Shown one piece after another: positions 60,439 to 64,000 of a stretch of 64,000 nucleotides of DNA; position 1 is the first letter of the stretch; each line of letters begins with the position of its first letter. Where the stretch lies: the NCBI GenBank assembly GCA_965263295.1, contig OZ253665.1, positions 1,184,001-1,248,000 of the forward strand, read 5' to 3'. The position numbers and the translations under genes are program-made. The notes under the pieces were generated by a model. The model searched no databases. It had not been told where the DNA came from and was given only the letters and a program-made list of their open reading frames with translations. Origin of the DNA: Spirochaetia bacterium. Its GTDB lineage: Bacteria > Spirochaetota > Spirochaetia > SP-2023.

Positions 60439-60828
60439 CTATAAACTTTTAAATTCTTTATCTAATTCAAAAGTGTCTGAGGTGACGAACGCTTCAATGT
60501 CGCAAAGCTTTCCCTCAAGCCCATCAAAGTCCTTCTCAAGAGTCGCTAAAAGAGTGCCTGGAGTCTGACTTTGCTGCCAGGGCTCGATTTTCAGCCTATG
60601 CTCCTGCTCGGATTCCATGGCTTCCACATAATTGGCTGGCTGTTTTTCCAGCATAAATGTCATCGCGATATAGGCAAGTAATACCAGAAAACTGCCACCG
60701 AGCAGCGCGGCGGATATCACTAAGGTTCGAATAAGCCAGGTTTTAGTACCAAAGTGGTTCGCCAGTCCGGCACAGACGCCTGATATCTTGCCGTTGGTTG
60801 TGTCGCGATACAGTTTTCGCTTATTCAT
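60439..60828 (-). CDS. pspC: Phage shock protein C
   Basis: LYRDTTNGKISGVCAGLANHFG, IEAFVTSDTFELDKEF. Confidence 0.92.
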   Translation of the reverse strand: MNKRKLYRDTTNGKISGVCAGLANHFGTKTWLIRTLVISAALLGGSFLVLLAYIAMTFMLEKQPANYVEAMESEQEHRLKIEPWQQSQTPGTLLATLEKDFDGLEGKLCDIEAFVTSDTFELDKEFKSL

Positions 60829-61051
60829 AACGACGTCTCCAGCTTGGTGTCTCTACATCCAGAATACGCTCCAATATATCTAAACGCTTCTGCATTTGCT
60901 CTGCTCTCTCAGAAAGCGTTTGCAACCTTTGAAAATCTTCCTCAGACAATTTGTGCGCCATTTTCTTCTTGCTACGGTAATGAAGTATCAACCACAATGG
61001 GGCGACGAAAATCAAAAAGACAATCAGAGGGGCAACAAACAAAGACGACAT
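60821..61051 (-). CDS. pspB: Phage shock protein B
   Basis: PLIVFLIFVAPLWLILHY, LERILDVETPSWR; AGGAG SD; overlaps pspC. Confidence 0.93.
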   Translation of the reverse strand: MSSLFVAPLIVFLIFVAPLWLILHYRSKKKMAHKLSEEDFQRLQTLSERAEQMQKRLDILERILDVETPSWRRRYE

Positions 61052-61125
61052 AAGCAACTCCTAAATAAAGAACAGTTTAACACAAACAGGATATCGACTC
61101 TGCCGCAAGCTGACATAAAATCAAA

Positions 61126-61396
61126 ATTAAAGATCTAGATAAGATTAGGGTGAATTTTGACGCAGGAGTTTTAATAGAATCCGATACCAAGCTAAACTCC
61201 TGTGATTCCATCTAAACCCACACTTTTTCAGATGCAGGAGAAAATTTTCTCCGCTGAATCTATTGAATCTGGCGGATTGGGCTAAGTGGCGTTCCGCAAA
61301 GTTTCAAAACTATTCAAAACAATTTATATGATTTTTATCCCTTGCAAACTGATTAAATATGCTATCTACCATTATAATCTTGTCTAGGCCTTTAAT
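61126..61396 (+). mobile_element. MITE-like, internally deleted IS1595 derivative
   Basis: Terminal inverted repeats attaaagatctagataagatta / taatcttgtctaggcctttaat (19 of 22 paired). Internal IES...AKWRSAKFQNYSKQ resembles the IS1595 transposase C-terminus. Confidence 0.55.
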
Positions 61397-61420
61397 GATT
61401 AATATGTATGAATTCTCGAA

Positions 61421-62230
61421 TTAATCAGGTAAAAATATATCCATTTTTATCGCGGTATAAGCTTGTCCGGTCAGCACAACATTATTCCCTGTGATCTCAA
61501 CACAGATTTCACCACCACGTTGAGAAATCTGTGATGCTGAAAATTTCGTTTGGCTTCCTTCCTGGGCAAGCAGGCTAGCGACAGCGCTGTGCGCAGTTCC
61601 GGTCACGGGATCTTCATCAATGCCTTTCTGCGGAGCGAAATAACGGCAAACATAATCGTCTGTATTTCCAGGGGCTGCGATAATCACACCCGGAAGTGGT
61701 AGTGCCAGCAATTTGTCACGTTCAGGCGTAAAGTCCCTCACTGCATCCTCATTTTTTAGCCACAACAGATAGGAACGTCCTTTGTAGATTTTCTGAGCCG
61801 GGGTTACTGCCGTTTCAACTTGAGCAATTTCCGCCGGGTCTTCGCAGACCAGCATATCGATAGTAAGCATTATCATTTCATATTCGCTTGCTTTTTTTCT
61901 GACATAAAGTGATTTACTTCCGGCCAGAAAGGCAATCTCACGCGCATCTGGCTCGCAGAGGCTAAATACAATATGGGCCGCCCCTAGTGTGCCATGCCCA
62001 CAGATGTCCAGCTCTGTCTCAGAAGTAAACCAGCGAATCTTGTACTGGCCAGAAAGAGGGGCTTTGCAGATAAAACCCACTTCAGGTAAACGAGATTCTG
62101 CCACGATCCTTTTTAGAAAATCGCTATTCATGTCGGTCTCCAAAAGCACCACTCCTGCAGGATTGCCGGCGAAAGGGCGGTTGGAGAAAGCATTGACAAC
62201 ATATAGCTTAATGACAGGCATAAATTTCAT
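61421..62230 (-). CDS. PhzF family isomerase/epimerase
   Basis: VNAFSNRPFAGNPAGV, RWFTSETELDICGHGTLG, RYFAP..GIDEDPVTGTAH, RGG. Confidence 0.93.
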   Translation of the reverse strand: MKFMPVIKLYVVNAFSNRPFAGNPAGVVLLETDMNSDFLKRIVAESRLPEVGFICKAPLSGQYKIRWFTSETELDICGHGTLGAAHIVFSLCEPDAREIAFLAGSKSLYVRKKASEYEMIMLTIDMLVCEDPAEIAQVETAVTPAQKIYKGRSYLLWLKNEDAVRDFTPERDKLLALPLPGVIIAAPGNTDDYVCRYFAPQKGIDEDPVTGTAHSAVASLLAQEGSQTKFSASQISQRGGEICVEITGNNVVLTGQAYTAIKMDIFLPD

Positions 62231-62522
62231 TTTATCGCAGAACCCACAAAGTCTTGCAATTTATTGACGTTTATTTAGAGATAATAGCCAACCGAATTAG
62301 AAAGTTCCCAACGAGACTATAGTTCGGAGGGATCATAATTATTTGTGATAAATCGCCGCCTGGAAGTTGCAATGTCTTAATTCAATGGTATTTTCCAGCG
62401 CGACGACAGCCTGTTATTTTAATCCAGGCGTATCACAGTATCCTTCCAGAAGCTGGACCACGTTTGCGTGTATGCTCATCTTCCAACTCGCCGACAGATG
62501 CATCCGCATTCATTAAAAAAAA

Positions 62523-64000
62523 CTAATTCTGTGAAGACATAGAACCCAAAGAGCCATACGCACTTTCAAAACGCTGTTTCAAGTTGCGATTATTTAGAAA
62601 AGTGAGCTCTATACCTCCTGTCAGCAAATGATTCAGATAATAATTGAATAAAGATTTCTTACTCTCCAGGCCTTCCGTCTCACTCCGGGCAAAGTCGCGC
62701 ACATTGGACTCGCGAGCCTCCTCCAAACGGAAGAAAGCCAAATATTGCTGATCGGATCTACCGAGAGCATCTTCGACACCAAACAATATCACATCGCTCA
62801 ATTGTCCTGGCTCCAATGAAAAAATATTCTCAAAAAACAGCTTTGACTTGCTGATCGCCAAAGCCAGACCATCTTCAGTGAAGGCAGCATCCATTGAGTC
62901 GTAAAGAGCTGTCCCTCCATCTTTACCGCTATAACTAAAACCAAAAAACTCCGGTGTCAAGCTATAATTGGCCTCAACTTCGCGCCCTTCTTGGTCCACA
63001 TCCGCCAAACTATCTAACGATTTAGCCTGAGACTTCAAGGACTCCAAATTTTTGCGGAAATAGTTTGTAATGTTAGCGACTTCATTTGTTTCAATATAAT
63101 TGCGTACCGTAGCTGCCACCGCTGCGAAATCCGCATCAGGGTTTTGAAGCGTCTCGTTGTCAGCCTCTCCACCTTGCAAATCAGCGGCCTCCTCCGTCTG
63201 AATTTCTTCTTCGGTCTTAACCTGAAAAAAATACCACTGATTATTTAGTTCGTAAGGCCCTGCATATTCATCTTTTTTCAAAGTAAATATGGAGTCGCAC
63301 CACTGGGCAGCTTTCTCATCCTCAATGTCATTACTGCGGCTAAAAAAGTCACGCAGCTCATAATAAAATTTATTGCCGTAGTCCCCATTTTCTTGATTGT
63401 GAATATCGTTGGAATATAGTTGGGCTAATTCGCCAAAATTGTCACCACCTTCCAGCCCGCTCTGAACTTTTTTGCGATTAGCCTGGGAGTCGACTACGAT
63501 GCGACGCAGAAAATGTTTTTGAAATAACTTTTTATTCGCGTTGTAAAAATTTTCTACTTCAAATTCTGGGTAATCAGAAACCCGGTAATATAAATAAGAA
63601 ACCTTGCGTACATCGCCCAATGTCGGAATTAGCAGTTCCAATTCCTTATCATTAATCAAATCCATTGATTCAAACACGTCATTCCAGACATCCTGCGCAG
63701 CGGCGTAAGTCATGATATTCTGAGCATTCTTTAGACGGTTGGGGTCTCCCTGCAGCTGGTTCCAGGCTGCCCGATCCAACTTGCCATCCCTAGTCAACTG
63801 TTCGTAAATCAAGGCATTTGCTTCTTTCTGACTCACAGCGTTGCCGCGATCCAGCAAATAGAAATAACGGCCATATTGACCAATGGTAGAAAAGAAGGCA
63901 CGTTCAAACACGATGCGGCGCTGGTAGTCACTGCTAATGCTATCAATGCCAAATTGATTGAGCAAACTGTTAAAGTTGCTGTTAAACAAACCATATTCTG
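62523..64000 (-). CDS. Parvulin-type peptidyl-prolyl isomerase / SurA-PpiD-like chaperone, 5' end outside the window
   Basis: FGELAQLYSND..NGDYG, FTLKKDEYAGP, FSLEPGQLSDVI. Confidence 0.75.
   Translation of the reverse strand, partial: EYGLFNSNFNSLLNQFGIDSISSDYQRRIVFERAFFSTIGQYGRYFYLLDRGNAVSQKEANALIYEQLTRDGKLDRAAWNQLQGDPNRLKNAQNIMTYAAAQDVWNDVFESMDLINDKELELLIPTLGDVRKVSYLYYRVSDYPEFEVENFYNANKKLFQKHFLRRIVVDSQANRKKVQSGLEGGDNFGELAQLYSNDIHNQENGDYGNKFYYELRDFFSRSNDIEDEKAAQWCDSIFTLKKDEYAGPYELNNQWYFFQVKTEEEIQTEEAADLQGGEADNETLQNPDADFAAVAATVRNYIETNEVANITNYFRKNLESLKSQAKSLDSLADVDQEGREVEANYSLTPEFFGFSYSGKDGGTALYDSMDAAFTEDGLALAISKSKLFFENIFSLEPGQLSDVILFGVEDALGRSDQQYLAFFRLEEARESNVRDFARSETEGLESKKSLFNYYLNHLLTGGIELTFLNNRNLKQRFESAYGSLGSMSSQN

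Overview
A 64-kb bacterial chromosome segment, most likely from a spirochaete. This is inferred from gene order: rpsB-tsf-frr-uppS-cdsA without pyrH, ispE-tRNAGln-rplY-pth-tilS, cdaA-cdaR, groEL without groES, and spirochaete-style lipoproteins. Most of the window is housekeeping: translation, EF-P modification (epmA/epmB), uvrB, recC, metK, PFOR, prfB with its programmed +1 frameshift, thrS, cysS, groEL, nrdR and two tRNAs. Three AT-richer accessory patches interrupt it. (1) About 15.9-18.3 kb is a tandemly duplicated lipoprotein locus whose second copy is split by a frameshift in an A9 run; a foreign-looking hisG-hisD-hisB block follows it. (2) About 36.45-42.9 kb is a mosaic island with an EamA transporter, an EntD-like PPTase, an ABC exporter, an S49 peptidase and IS1595/IS5/IS481 remnants. 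(3) About 59.7-62.5 kb holds a GNAT, gammaproteobacterial-type pspB-pspC without pspA, a MITE-like element and PhzF. Islands 2 and 3 share an exact 15-bp motif that looks like an IS1595-type end, suggesting IS1595-derived passenger-gene cassettes. Several genes have sigma70-like promoters placed so that transcription would start at or near the start codon (candidate leaderless mRNAs), and hsp20 has a sigma54-type promoter. I saw no CRISPR array, rRNA, reverse transcriptase or intact integrase. All family calls come from motif recognition by eye; no database search was run.
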